Below, in pieces: positions 48,259 to 58,568 of a stretch of DNA of 64,000 bases. The notes beneath the pieces were generated by a model. The model saw only the letters and a program-made list of their open reading frames with translations, searched no databases and had not been told where the DNA came from. A program made the translations under genes and the position numbers. Each line of letters starts with the position of its first letter. Within the stretch, counting starts at the first letter, position 1. This DNA is from an uncultured Bacilli bacterium (GTDB lineage Bacteria > Bacillota_I > Bacilli_A > RF39 > UBA660): positions 8,155-72,154 of the forward strand of contig CALVUX010000003.1 of NCBI GenBank assembly GCA_944363715.1, in the 5' to 3' direction.

Positions 48259-49515
48259 ATGTTTACAAGAGGAATAGATAAAAGAATGAAAATTATTCTT
48301 TTAATATTTAGTAGTATTTTATTAGTAATAGTCTTAAGAGTATTTTATGTTCAAGTAGTAGATTATAAGAAACTATCAAGTCTTGCTAGTGACCTTTGGA
48401 GTAGAAATTTACCTATTGAAGCATCAAGGGGTAGGATACTTGATAGAAATGGGGTAGTCCTTGCCGATAATATTACAACTACATCATTAGTCTTAATTCC
48501 TAATCAGATTAAGAATAAAAAAGAAGTAACAGAAAAACTAGCTGAGATTTTAGGAGTATCTTTTGATGAGATGAAAGAGCATGTTTATAAAGAAACATCT
48601 ATTGAAAGAGTTCATCCTGAAGGAAGAAGATTATCTTATGAAATAGCAGATAAAATAGAAGCTTTAAATTTTGATGGTGTTTATTTAGTTAAAGAGTCTA
48701 AAAGATATTATCCTTATGAAGAAATGTTATCCCATGTCTTAGGTTATGTTGGTATAGATAATCAAGGTTTATCTGGTATAGAGTTACAGTATGATGATTA
48801 TCTAACTGGAGAAAATGGAGCGATTAAGTATTTTAGTGATGCTAAGGGTAATAAACTTGAACTTACTGATTTATATATAGAACCACAGGATGGAATGAAT
48901 TTACAACTTACTATTGATATAAATATTCAAAAGTCAGTTGAAAGAGAGCTTGATAATGTTATCGATATGTTTAATCCTGATATGGCTCTTGCCGTTGTTA
49001 TGGATCCTAAAACAGGAGAGATACTTGCGATGAGTTCTAGACCTAATTTTGATCCTAATAATTACGGGAATTATTCTACTGAAGAATTATCTCGTAACCT
49101 TCCTATATGGGCTAGTTATGAACCTGGTTCTACTCAAAAGATAGTTACAACGGCAGCGGCAGTAGAAGAAGGAGTGGTTGATTTATTTAAAGATGAGTTT
49201 ACTGATACTGGTTCTGTTCAAGTAGATACTGCTAGAATTAAATGTTGGAAAGCAGGAGGACATGGCCATCAAACCTTCCTTCAAGTTTTACAAAACAGTT
49301 GTAACCCTGGGTTCGTTAAAATGGGACAGTTACTTGGAAAAGAAAGATTATTTCACTATTTAGATTTATTTGGTTTCGGCTCTAAGACAGGAATAGATTT
49401 AAATGGAGAAGGAGAAGGAATTATCTTTCCTCTTGAAAATGTTGGAAATATAGAACTTGCAACTACTGCTTTTGGACAAGGTATTAGTGTTACACCTATC
49501 CACCTTGTAGTCTAA
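48259..49515 (+). pseudogene. 3'-truncated class B penicillin-binding protein (SpoVD/FtsI-like)
   Basis: Anchor, dimerisation region, and motifs STQK and SCN are present. The ORF stops at ..AFGQGISVTPIHLVV with a double stop (taataa) before any KTG motif. About one third of a normal PBP is missing. Confidence 0.75.
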
Positions 49516-49675
49516 TAAATGATACCCTTATTATTGCTAGAGGATTAAATAGCAAATACACTAAAAAATATGATGTTGAGTATGAATATAATTGTTTTAT
49601 AGAAATATAGGTAAAATGCACAGAAATGTGTGTGTTTTCGTGGTATAATAGATAATTAAAGGAAGTGATAAATAC

Positions 49676-50980
49676 ATGAAAAAATATGAATTAGAATTAA
49701 CTGAAGATAATATTAGAAAAACAATTGAAAATAATATATTAGGAAGAAATAATAATTTAGTAATGCTAGGTAAAATGTTATTAAATCAAAATGAAAATAT
49801 TATGATTTCACTTGATGGAATATGGGGTTCTGGGAAAACATTTTTTATTAAGCAATTTGAATATTTAATAAAAAATATAGATGAATTTCCAGATAATAAA
49901 GTATTTGTTGAAAACGATAAAGAAATATTTAGAAAACTAAAAGACAATAATTTAGTTATTTATTATAATGCATGGCAAAATGATGATCATGAAGAACCTT
50001 TAGAATCGATTATGTATGCCATTTTAAATGAGTTTCCTAATCAAAAGAATCAATTAATTAGTTTTAAGGAATACAAAAAGATTGTTAAAGGATTTATATG
50101 GGATGTAATAAGGGTTGCTAGTCTTGAAAAAATTGATATGAAACATTTTGATGAGATGAAAAGTTATGAGGATATTACATCATCTATTATTACCATTGAA
50201 GAAAAGAAAGATTCATTTAATAAGTTAATTAATGAAATTTTAACTGATAATCAAAGATTAATTCTAATTGTTGATGAATTGGATAGATGTAAACCAACTT
50301 TTGCAGTTAAAATGTTAGAAACTTTAAAACATTTTTATGATAATGATAAAATTACAATTATTGTAGTAACTAATAATAGTGAATTGTCACATACTATTAA
50401 AAAGTTTTATGGTTATGAATTTGATGGTTGTGGTTATTTAAATAAATTTTATGATGCTGTAATTAGTCTAGAAATAAAAGATATAAAACAATATTTACAA
50501 AATCAATTGAATTTTTGTAATAGAACCTATCTTCCATATGATATGTCATATTTAATACTTAGATATTATAATTTTTTACTTAGAGAATGCAATAAATTTA
50601 TTACGATATATAATTTACTTAGCAGTTATATAGAAACTGAATCTGATTTCAATAGAAATGAAAATTATGTATTTTCTTGTATTTTATTACCATTAGCAAT
50701 AGCTTTAAAAATAAAACATATAGATTTATATCATCAATTTATGAATAATAAAGGAGAAAATATCATAAGAGAGTTCATTAAAGGCAGCGAACCACAAAAA
50801 GAAATGATTGATTGGATAAAGGAATTGCTTGGTAATCCAGAACAAGACTATATCGATATAATTATAGATTATTATAAACAAATATTTGATAAAACAAACT
50901 CTATTTACAGAATTAATTTTCATGATGCAATATCTTTATTAGGAACCAAACTTCAAATTGAAGATAATAAAAATAGTTAA
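49676..50980 (+). CDS. KAP-family P-loop NTPase
   Basis: Walker A LDGIWGSGKTFF. Walker B with the family-typical LILIVDELDRCKP. Confidence 0.75.
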   Translation: MKKYELELTEDNIRKTIENNILGRNNNLVMLGKMLLNQNENIMISLDGIWGSGKTFFIKQFEYLIKNIDEFPDNKVFVENDKEIFRKLKDNNLVIYYNAWQNDDHEEPLESIMYAILNEFPNQKNQLISFKEYKKIVKGFIWDVIRVASLEKIDMKHFDEMKSYEDITSSIITIEEKKDSFNKLINEILTDNQRLILIVDELDRCKPTFAVKMLETLKHFYDNDKITIIVVTNNSELSHTIKKFYGYEFDGCGYLNKFYDAVISLEIKDIKQYLQNQLNFCNRTYLPYDMSYLILRYYNFLLRECNKFITIYNLLSSYIETESDFNRNENYVFSCILLPLAIALKIKHIDLYHQFMNNKGENIIREFIKGSEPQKEMIDWIKELLGNPEQDYIDIIIDYYKQIFDKTNSIYRINFHDAISLLGTKLQIEDNKNS

Positions 50981-51129
50981 TCACTTGAGGTAATAATTGC
51001 ATATTACTTAAAAATAATATTTTAATTATAATTATGTATTTTAAGAATAAAATCATAGAAGAATTACCTAAATTTTTCTTTTTTATGATATACTATATTT
51101 AGTTATTTACTTTTGAGAGGGGTGTTTCC

Positions 51130-52017
51130 ATGAATAATTTTAACTTAAATTTATTTAAATATTTTTACTATGTTGTTTATTATAATGGTTTTACTAATGC
51201 ATCAAAAAATTTGAATATTGCCCAATCATCATTAAGTTATAATATAAAGCAATTAGAACTACAATTGGATAAAACATTGATTATTAGGGATAATAAGAAT
51301 TTTGAATTAACTGAAGATGGGTATAATTTATATGAAAATCTAAAGCCTGCTTTTAGTATTTTGAATCAAAATTTGGAACAATTTGATAATCAAAATACTG
51401 TGGAATTAACTATTGGAGTTAGACATTATTTATCAGATTTTATTTTCAAAGATTCTATAATTGAATTTATTAATACATATCCTAATATCCATATTAACAT
51501 AAAACTATATTCTAAATTGGATGTTAAAAAATTTGAAGAAGAATATGATGTGCTAATAGATTATGAAGATTATACTAATTTAATTAATACTAATAATAAA
51601 GGTTTATTATGTGTTTTAAATAATACTTTTGTTTCAGGAAAAGACCTATCTAAAAATTATGAATCAATTCAATCAATTAAAGAATTAGGAAATACAAGAT
51701 TAATATCAATGTGTCCAAATAAAAGAAATGGTAAATTTCAAAAAATGTGTTTTGAAAATGGTATTTTATTTGAAAATATTATATCAGTAAATGATAGTAT
51801 AATATCTAAAGAATTAGTAAAGAATGATTTAGGATTATGTTTTGTTAACAGAGAATTTTTTAAAGAAGAAATCGCAAATGGAGATGTAAAAGAAATTAAA
51901 GTAAAAGAACAATTGTTTAATGATAATGTATATATTGTTTATAAAAATGGTAAGAATATTAATAACATAAATAAATTCATTAGGATATTAAAAAAACAAT
52001 ATAAGGAGGAATTATAA
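51130..52017 (+). CDS. LysR-family transcriptional regulator
   Basis: N-terminal HTH FTNASKNLNIAQSSLSYNIKQLE. ~295 aa with a substrate-binding-type C-terminal part. Confidence 0.85.
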   Translation: MNNFNLNLFKYFYYVVYYNGFTNASKNLNIAQSSLSYNIKQLELQLDKTLIIRDNKNFELTEDGYNLYENLKPAFSILNQNLEQFDNQNTVELTIGVRHYLSDFIFKDSIIEFINTYPNIHINIKLYSKLDVKKFEEEYDVLIDYEDYTNLINTNNKGLLCVLNNTFVSGKDLSKNYESIQSIKELGNTRLISMCPNKRNGKFQKMCFENGILFENIISVNDSIISKELVKNDLGLCFVNREFFKEEIANGDVKEIKVKEQLFNDNVYIVYKNGKNINNINKFIRILKKQYKEEL

Positions 52018-52532
52018 TGAGTAAATGGGACTTATATGATGATAAATTTAATAATACTGGAATTGTTATAAATGATACTGATGAAATACCTGATGGTAAG
52101 TATCATTATTCTATAAATGCATGGATATTAAATTCAAAAAAACAATTATTATTAATACGAAATACTTTAAATTATAATATTCATTATCCTGGTTTTTGGA
52201 GTAGTATAAATGGAAATGTTTTAAGTGGTGAAAGTTCAACTGAAACGTGTATTAAAACTATTAATTCAAAAATAGGAATAAAAATCACAGATTCTGAAAT
52301 GAAAACTATCGATAAAAAATTACGTGATCCTTATCATTATATTTATGAAACCTATATTGTTAATAAAGATATTGATTTAAATGAAATATGTTTTATAGAT
52401 AATACAGCTGTTCAAGCTAAATGGATAGATTTAAAAGAATTATATAACATGATTGAAAACGGTGAAATTGCATGGGTGTTAATTCCAAGAATAGAAGAAT
52501 ATGTAATACCATTAATGAAAGAGACTAATTGA
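52017..52532 (+). CDS. Nudix-fold protein with degenerate Nudix box
   Basis: GNVLSGESSTETCIKTINSKIGI occupies the Nudix-box position, but RE is replaced by KT and EE by SK. Start overlaps the lysR stop. Confidence 0.5.
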   Translation: MSKWDLYDDKFNNTGIVINDTDEIPDGKYHYSINAWILNSKKQLLLIRNTLNYNIHYPGFWSSINGNVLSGESSTETCIKTINSKIGIKITDSEMKTIDKKLRDPYHYIYETYIVNKDIDLNEICFIDNTAVQAKWIDLKELYNMIENGEIAWVLIPRIEEYVIPLMKETN

Positions 52533-52550
52533 TTAAATTAGTCTTTTATT
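52522..52550 (+). terminator. Terminator after the lysR/Nudix-like pair
   Basis: agactaatt / aattagtct stem followed by tttatt. Confidence 0.55.
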
Positions 52551-52638
52551 ATTAGTTTTTTCTATATATTTTATCGAAAATTTGAATGATTAAATTACAC
52601 TTTACTATTATATAATATTCATAGGTAGGTGGGATAGT

Positions 52639-54159
52639 ATGCAAAATATGCCAGATTCATTGAAAAGAATAATAGAAATGAGTCCAAATTTGGAACACCG
52701 TGTCAGAGGATTACCAAATTTAGGTGAAAATTTAATTGATGGACAGTTTTCTATAGAAGTAAGTAAAATTTATGATGCCTTTGGATTATATGGAAATGAA
52801 TTATATTCACTTGAAAACGAAAGAATTAGAAATATTTCATCGAGATCACTTGGTGGTGGTAGTCCGATGAGAACATCTGCATTTCCTTTATGTAAAGAAG
52901 CTTTAATTAATATAATCAGCAGTGATGAACTTTCTGATTATCCTATGGCTGCAGGTGATGAAGAATCAAGAAAAATAATTTTAGAATATCTAAAGCAAGA
53001 AGGATTCAAAAGTAATAATGGTTTATCAGAAGATAATATTATTTTTACAGTATCTTCAACACATGCTTTTAATATTATTTCAAGTATTATTGCTAGGCCA
53101 CATGATGTAATATTAATGACAGGTCCTAATTATGGTCTATTTACTTTTGTTCCTGAACGAATTTCTGGTGCAACTGTTGAGATTTTGCCATTATCCGAAG
53201 AAGATAATTGGTATGTTAATCCACAAAAATTATCAAAAAGGATTGATGAAATTAATACAGATTTAAAAGCTAAATATGGTGAATCTTTGGAATACACACC
53301 AAAAGTTGTTGCATTTTTAAATGAAAATCCACATAATCCTTTAGGAAAAGTAATGAATGAGAATAATAAAAAAATACTTGAAGGTATTGGAAATGTGTGT
53401 TTATCAAAAGGTGTATTTGTTATAGATGATCTGATATATAGAGATTTAACATATGATAGAGATAATCTAGCAAAGCCAATGGCTTCTTATGAAAATTTTT
53501 TTGATAATACAATAACAATAACTGGTTTATCAAAATCTTATGGTTTAGCATCAATTAGATCTGGTATGGTAGTTGCAAATGAGATAATTATCATGGCAAT
53601 AAGAAATAAGATTTTTCAAACAATGGATTCCTCACCAGTATTGCAAGGTAGAGCGTTAGCTGGGGCATTTAATGCATCTGAAAGAAGAAAAAAAGAATAT
53701 GGTAACTACTTCAATCCTATTATTGAAGAATATAAATATCGTTTAGAATTATTGAAAGCATTAATTAATGGATTAGATTTTATTGATGATAGCAGTTTAA
53801 GAAAAAAAATAGAAAATGATATAAGAAATTATGCTTTTGGCAATAATATAAATCAAATATTAGATGGAATACCAAATGTTGACTTTGTAAATGGAACATT
53901 ACCAGATTCAGGATTTTTTGAAATGTTGGATTTTACTAAATTAAAGAATAAAGTTGCAGAAAATGGAAGAATAATTAGTAATGAAAAAGAATTACTTAAA
54001 TATATGTATGAACAAGAGAAAATTAAACTCATTTTAGGACAATCGATATCCTGGCCAAACGAAGAACAACTTATTGGAAGAGTTACAACAGCATTATCAA
54101 GGGAAGATTTAGTTGAACATTTTAGTGCAATGAATAAATGTTTAAGAAAGTTGAGATAA
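52639..54159 (+). CDS. PLP-dependent aminotransferase, class I/II fold
   Basis: NENPHNPLGKV (NPxNPxG block) and SKSYGLASIRSG (PLP-lysine block). 506 aa with an N-terminal extension. Confidence 0.85.
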   Translation: MQNMPDSLKRIIEMSPNLEHRVRGLPNLGENLIDGQFSIEVSKIYDAFGLYGNELYSLENERIRNISSRSLGGGSPMRTSAFPLCKEALINIISSDELSDYPMAAGDEESRKIILEYLKQEGFKSNNGLSEDNIIFTVSSTHAFNIISSIIARPHDVILMTGPNYGLFTFVPERISGATVEILPLSEEDNWYVNPQKLSKRIDEINTDLKAKYGESLEYTPKVVAFLNENPHNPLGKVMNENNKKILEGIGNVCLSKGVFVIDDLIYRDLTYDRDNLAKPMASYENFFDNTITITGLSKSYGLASIRSGMVVANEIIIMAIRNKIFQTMDSSPVLQGRALAGAFNASERRKKEYGNYFNPIIEEYKYRLELLKALINGLDFIDDSSLRKKIENDIRNYAFGNNINQILDGIPNVDFVNGTLPDSGFFEMLDFTKLKNKVAENGRIISNEKELLKYMYEQEKIKLILGQSISWPNEEQLIGRVTTALSREDLVEHFSAMNKCLRKLR

Positions 54160-54161
54160 TT

Positions 54162-55058
54162 ATGAAAAAGGTAGGAATTGTATCTTGTGATAAGTGGATA
54201 GACAAATTGGAAGAAGATAATAACTTAAAAAATGCATTAATAAATCTAGGAATAGATGCTAAAATTATATCTTGGCAACAACCATTAGAAGAAAAGTATG
54301 ATTTATTAGTTTTAAAATCGGTATGGGGATATCAAAATTTTTATAAAGAATTTAAAAACTGGCTATTATATGTTAAGAATAATAATATTCCATTAGTTAA
54401 TGATGTTGATATGGTTTTAAATAATATTATGAAGGATATTCAATTTAATATTTTAGAAAAAAATAATGTTGATTTCATAGATACAATATTTTTAGATCAA
54501 TCCAAATTATTAAATAAGAACATATTTGAAATGTTGGATGATAAATCATATGTTTTTAAACCAACAATCTCAGGCAGTGGTGAAAATACTTATCTAGTAA
54601 CAAATTCTAATGATAAATCTGTACCAAATACAATCCAAAAAGAAGATATAGTAAAAATATATAATAAAATGTTGGATGATAATAGTTATTGTAAAATAAT
54701 GATTCAACCATTTATTTCAGAGATAAGTAATGGGGAATATTCATGTATCTTTATAGACGGGAAACTAACTCATACAATGTTAAGATTTCCAAATATATTT
54801 CATGAAAAAAGGAGACCTTATTTAGTTGATAATGTTCCAGATAGCATTATACAACTTGCGAGAGTTGTGGAGAGAATCAAAGAATTTAATAATTATTTAT
54901 ATATGCGAGTTGATATGGTTTTAGTTAATAGTAAGGCAAAAATAATGGAAGTTGAGTTAGCTGATCCAGATCTTTTAACAAAATATATTGATGATTCAAA
55001 TGTTAAGTCAAATGTTATTAAGACTTTTGCAAAAAAAATCGAAAGGAGAGTTAGATAA
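54162..55058 (+). CDS. ATP-grasp domain protein (RimK/ligase-like)
   Basis: YVFKPTISGSGENTYLV and MRVDMVLVNSKAKIMEVELADPDL resemble the ATP-grasp KP..GsgG and R.D....g...hEhN..P blocks. Start is 3 nt after the upstream stop. Confidence 0.55.
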   Translation: MKKVGIVSCDKWIDKLEEDNNLKNALINLGIDAKIISWQQPLEEKYDLLVLKSVWGYQNFYKEFKNWLLYVKNNNIPLVNDVDMVLNNIMKDIQFNILEKNNVDFIDTIFLDQSKLLNKNIFEMLDDKSYVFKPTISGSGENTYLVTNSNDKSVPNTIQKEDIVKIYNKMLDDNSYCKIMIQPFISEISNGEYSCIFIDGKLTHTMLRFPNIFHEKRRPYLVDNVPDSIIQLARVVERIKEFNNYLYMRVDMVLVNSKAKIMEVELADPDLLTKYIDDSNVKSNVIKTFAKKIERRVR

Positions 55059-55059
55059 G

Positions 55060-55773
55060 ATGAAAACATACAAAATAGTTTTAACTGGTGGACCTTGTGG
55101 TGGTAAGACAGATTCTATAGACTTTTTATCAAAAAAACTAATTGAGCAAGACTATTCGGTAAAGATAGTTAATGAAACTGCTAATTCTCTTTTGAAATTA
55201 GGATATATGCCAAGCGTAAATATATCTACATTTGATTTTCAAAATTTATTGTTTAAAATTCAGTTTCTAAATGAATATATGTCTGAAGGGAAGTCAAATA
55301 TTTTATTATGTGATAGAGGTCTTTTTGATGGCAAGGTATATATAGATGAAAGTGATTTTCAAAAAATATTAGATTTAAATAAAGTTAAAGAAAAAGAAAT
55401 CTCTTCAACCTATGATGGCGCTCTATATTTTAGAAGTATCTCATACGAATACCCTAATGAATTTTCAAAAAAAAGAATTTATGAAAGCCCAGAAGTTGGT
55501 AGAATTAGGGATGAACGTTGTAAAGAAATCTGGATAGATAAAATAGTTCCTTGTATTTATGATAATTTGGATGGTTTTGAAAATAAACAAAAGATAATAT
55601 ATTTAACTTTAAAAAAACAATTAGAATATTTAAAGCAAATCAAATCTTATAAATTATCCGATTATTATGATATTGAATACTTTAAATATATATATAACGG
55701 AATTAATGATATTTTAGCAAAAAATGATATATCTGATGATATAAAGATAAAAACAAGGGGGTTAATAAGATGA
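55060..55773 (+). CDS. AAA_28/NadR-kinase-like P-loop ATPase
   Basis: KIVLTGGPCGGKT Walker A, followed by VNETANSLL, as in AAA_28-type proteins. RBS aaaggagag. Confidence 0.55.
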   Translation: MKTYKIVLTGGPCGGKTDSIDFLSKKLIEQDYSVKIVNETANSLLKLGYMPSVNISTFDFQNLLFKIQFLNEYMSEGKSNILLCDRGLFDGKVYIDESDFQKILDLNKVKEKEISSTYDGALYFRSISYEYPNEFSKKRIYESPEVGRIRDERCKEIWIDKIVPCIYDNLDGFENKQKIIYLTLKKQLEYLKQIKSYKLSDYYDIEYFKYIYNGINDILAKNDISDDIKIKTRGLIR

Positions 55774-57026
55774 CAACATTATTATATTTTGAAGAGTACG
55801 AATCAAATTTATCTCATGAATTATTAAAACGAAAAGATATTAATCCAATAATTATAAGAACAAATAAAAATATGAAGTTTTTTAACGAAAGTTATCTTGA
55901 ATCGACTAAAAATGTTTTAAATTATGTTATTGATTATTATAATGATATAGATAACGAGGTTTTAAAATTTAAAAATTGGTTGAAGGATAATGATATAAAA
56001 ATTGACTATTTTTTAAATGATTCAGAGTATTACTTAGAATTTTCTAATAGATTTGCAAGGAAATTAGGATTATATGCTTTAACAGATGAGCAAATATGTT
56101 GGGTAAGAGATAAAGTTGATATGAAAAAAAGATTTCGAGAAATAGGTTTAGATAGAGTTGATTTTAGAGAAATTAATAGTAAAGACGAACTTAAAAAATT
56201 TTTTGTAGATAATGGAAGCAAGAAAATTATTTTTAAACCTAGAAGAGGTATGAATAGTATTGAAACTTATATGATAAATTCATTAGAAGATATAGATGGC
56301 TTAGAAATAGATATTATACCCGGAAAATATATGGCTGAAGATTTCTGTTACGATCATGAATGGTCTATAGAAAGTTTAGTACAAGATGGTAAAGTATTAG
56401 ATTCGTATGTTACATATATTCCAAATCCAACTATATGGGCATCCATTTCAAACGATTTAAATTGTCATATGACTGTTCCTAAAATACCATCATATTTTAA
56501 ATTTGTTCCTAAAGAGTTTATTCAACAAATAGTATCTGGTATGAATTTAAAAGATGGAGCAATGACTATAGAAGTTTTTATAAGCAATGATGGAAATATT
56601 AAGGCAAGCGAACTTGGATGGAGATTACCGGGGTGTCAAGCTACTTTAAATCATAGTTATTCATATGGAATTGATATTTATAACTTACTATTAGACATTG
56701 CAATTCATAAAAAAGTTAATTTAAAGTATCAAGATAAAATTGTTAGTGTAGGCGATTTATATCTACCAAATAAGGAAGGAATTATTGAACAAATAACACC
56801 ATTAGAAGAATTACTGAAAATGGATGGTGTCATTGATGGTGAATTATTTACAAAAATTGGTGAATATCAAAAGAAAAGAAGAGTAGGAAATGATGCATCT
56901 GGCTGGGTTCAAGTTTTAGGTGAAAATGAGTTTGATACATTACAAAAAATGCAAAAAATATATGATATCTTTGAAATAGAAGTTTCAAATGATATGGGAG
57001 GTAAAAAATATGTTAAAAAAATATAA
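55770..57026 (+). CDS. ATP-grasp domain protein (carboxylate-amine / L-amino-acid ligase-like)
   Basis: 418 aa. KIIFKPRRGMNSIETYMI and MTIEVFISNDGNIKASELGWRLPG blocks. ATGA overlap with the upstream gene. Confidence 0.65.
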   Translation: MTTLLYFEEYESNLSHELLKRKDINPIIIRTNKNMKFFNESYLESTKNVLNYVIDYYNDIDNEVLKFKNWLKDNDIKIDYFLNDSEYYLEFSNRFARKLGLYALTDEQICWVRDKVDMKKRFREIGLDRVDFREINSKDELKKFFVDNGSKKIIFKPRRGMNSIETYMINSLEDIDGLEIDIIPGKYMAEDFCYDHEWSIESLVQDGKVLDSYVTYIPNPTIWASISNDLNCHMTVPKIPSYFKFVPKEFIQQIVSGMNLKDGAMTIEVFISNDGNIKASELGWRLPGCQATLNHSYSYGIDIYNLLLDIAIHKKVNLKYQDKIVSVGDLYLPNKEGIIEQITPLEELLKMDGVIDGELFTKIGEYQKKRRVGNDASGWVQVLGENEFDTLQKMQKIYDIFEIEVSNDMGGKKYVKKI

Positions 57027-57789
57027 ACAATACTTGTTGATTTTATTATTTACTATATTGATGACGGCTGGTTGTTCAAACAAGTTAAATATTATTAATA
57101 CTAAAGATGATTTAAATAATAAAACTATTGGTGTATATACAGGTTCAGAGTATGATACTATTGCTAAGGTTAATATAATAAATGCTAATATTTTATATTA
57201 TAATAGTTATAGTGATCAAATATCTGCATTAAAATCTGGTAAAATAGATGGCTTTTTAACAGATGAACCATTAGCCAAAGAAATAATTAAAGAACATGGT
57301 GATTTAAAAATATTAGATGAAAAACTTACTGGGGATAGTTATGCATTTGCGATTAATCCTTCAAAACAAGATTTGCAAAATGAGATTAATAGAGTTTTAA
57401 GTGAAATGAAACAAAATGGTAAATTACAAGAATTAGAAGAAAAATGGATGGGGAATGATGAAAGTAAAAAAGAACTAGATAATTATAATTATGATGATTC
57501 AAAAGGAACTATTAAATTTGCTACTGTATCAGGTTCTGCTCCATTTGCATATATGAAAAACAATAAAATTGTTGGATATGATATTGATGTAATAAATTAT
57601 ATATGTAAAGAATTAGGTTATAAGCTAGAAGTTATAGAAATGTCATTTGATGGAATAATTCCAGCATTAAAATCTGGTAAAGTTGATGTTTCTGGATGTT
57701 CTATTATTGTAACTGAAGAAAGAAAAAAATCTGTTTTATTTTCTGAACCTGATTATACTGGTGGAATAGTTGTTATAACTAGGAGATAG
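57010..57789 (+). CDS. Amino-acid ABC transporter substrate-binding lipoprotein, circularly permuted
   Basis: Lipobox LMTAGCS. Residues ~45-155 align with the C-terminal half of GlnH-type binding proteins (..KTIGVYTGS..GKIDGFLTD..YAFAINP..LQELEEKWMG). Residues ~172-266 align with the N-terminal half (..APFAYM..GYDIDVINYICKELGYKLEV..FDGIIPALKSGKVDV..TEERKKSVLFSEP). Confidence 0.8.
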   Translation: MLKKYKQYLLILLFTILMTAGCSNKLNIINTKDDLNNKTIGVYTGSEYDTIAKVNIINANILYYNSYSDQISALKSGKIDGFLTDEPLAKEIIKEHGDLKILDEKLTGDSYAFAINPSKQDLQNEINRVLSEMKQNGKLQELEEKWMGNDESKKELDNYNYDDSKGTIKFATVSGSAPFAYMKNNKIVGYDIDVINYICKELGYKLEVIEMSFDGIIPALKSGKVDVSGCSIIVTEERKKSVLFSEPDYTGGIVVITRR

Positions 57790-57791
57790 AA

Positions 57792-58568
57792 ATGAAGAAT
57801 CAAAATAAATGGATAAAAGCCATAATTATTTTATTTATATTGATATTAGTTTTAATTTATAATAAAGAAAATATAATAAAACTTTTTAGTAGCATATATA
57901 GTAGTTTTATAAGAACGGTTATTGATGAAAAAAGATATATTCTGTTTTTGAACGGATTAAAATCAACATTATTAATTTCATTTTTATCAATTATTATTGG
58001 TACTTTATTTGGATTTATTCTATTCTTGTTACACAGATCTAAAATTAAGATTTTAAAAATAATATCATTAGTGTTAGTAAGATTTTTGCAAGGTGTTCCA
58101 GTAACTGTTTTACTATTAACATTCTATTTTGGAATTTTTGGGTCAATAAATATTGAACCCATTATAGTAGCAGTTATAGCATTTTCAATATATTTTTCTG
58201 CATATGTTTGTGAAATTATAAAAGGTGCTTTTTCCTCAATAAATAGGACTCAAATTGATTCGGCGTATGCACTAGGTTTTACAAAAATTCAAACATTTAA
58301 ATACATAGTTTTTCCTCAAGTGCTTTCATATGTTATACCTGTTTATAAAAATGAAAGTGTTTCATTAATAAAATCTACTTCTATAGCGGGTTATATATCT
58401 ATAATGGAATTAACTAAAGCAAGTGATATTATTAGAAATAGAACATATGAAGCTTTTTTTCCGTTGATATTTACTGCGCTAATATATTTCATAATTTGTT
58501 ATGTTTTTTGTAAACTATTGGATTTAATATATAAAAAAATAAATCCTAGGATGGTGAAAAAATCATGA
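57792..58568 (+). CDS. Amino-acid ABC transporter permease
   Basis: Polar amino-acid permease pattern (..IIKGAFSSINRTQIDSAYALGFTK..FKYIVFPQ..). Multiple TM helices. Confidence 0.85.
   Translation: MKNQNKWIKAIIILFILILVLIYNKENIIKLFSSIYSSFIRTVIDEKRYILFLNGLKSTLLISFLSIIIGTLFGFILFLLHRSKIKILKIISLVLVRFLQGVPVTVLLLTFYFGIFGSINIEPIIVAVIAFSIYFSAYVCEIIKGAFSSINRTQIDSAYALGFTKIQTFKYIVFPQVLSYVIPVYKNESVSLIKSTSIAGYISIMELTKASDIIRNRTYEAFFPLIFTALIYFIICYVFCKLLDLIYKKINPRMVKKS

Noticed and set aside
49516-49675. Frame +1 reading SLINDTLIIARGLNSKYTKKYDVEYEYNCFIEI after the PBP stop as a continuation or second gene fragment
   Set aside because: It shows no similarity to the missing PBP region (no KTG or the following motifs). 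It is too short, has no start codon or RBS, and cannot be assigned. Noted only as possible junction debris.
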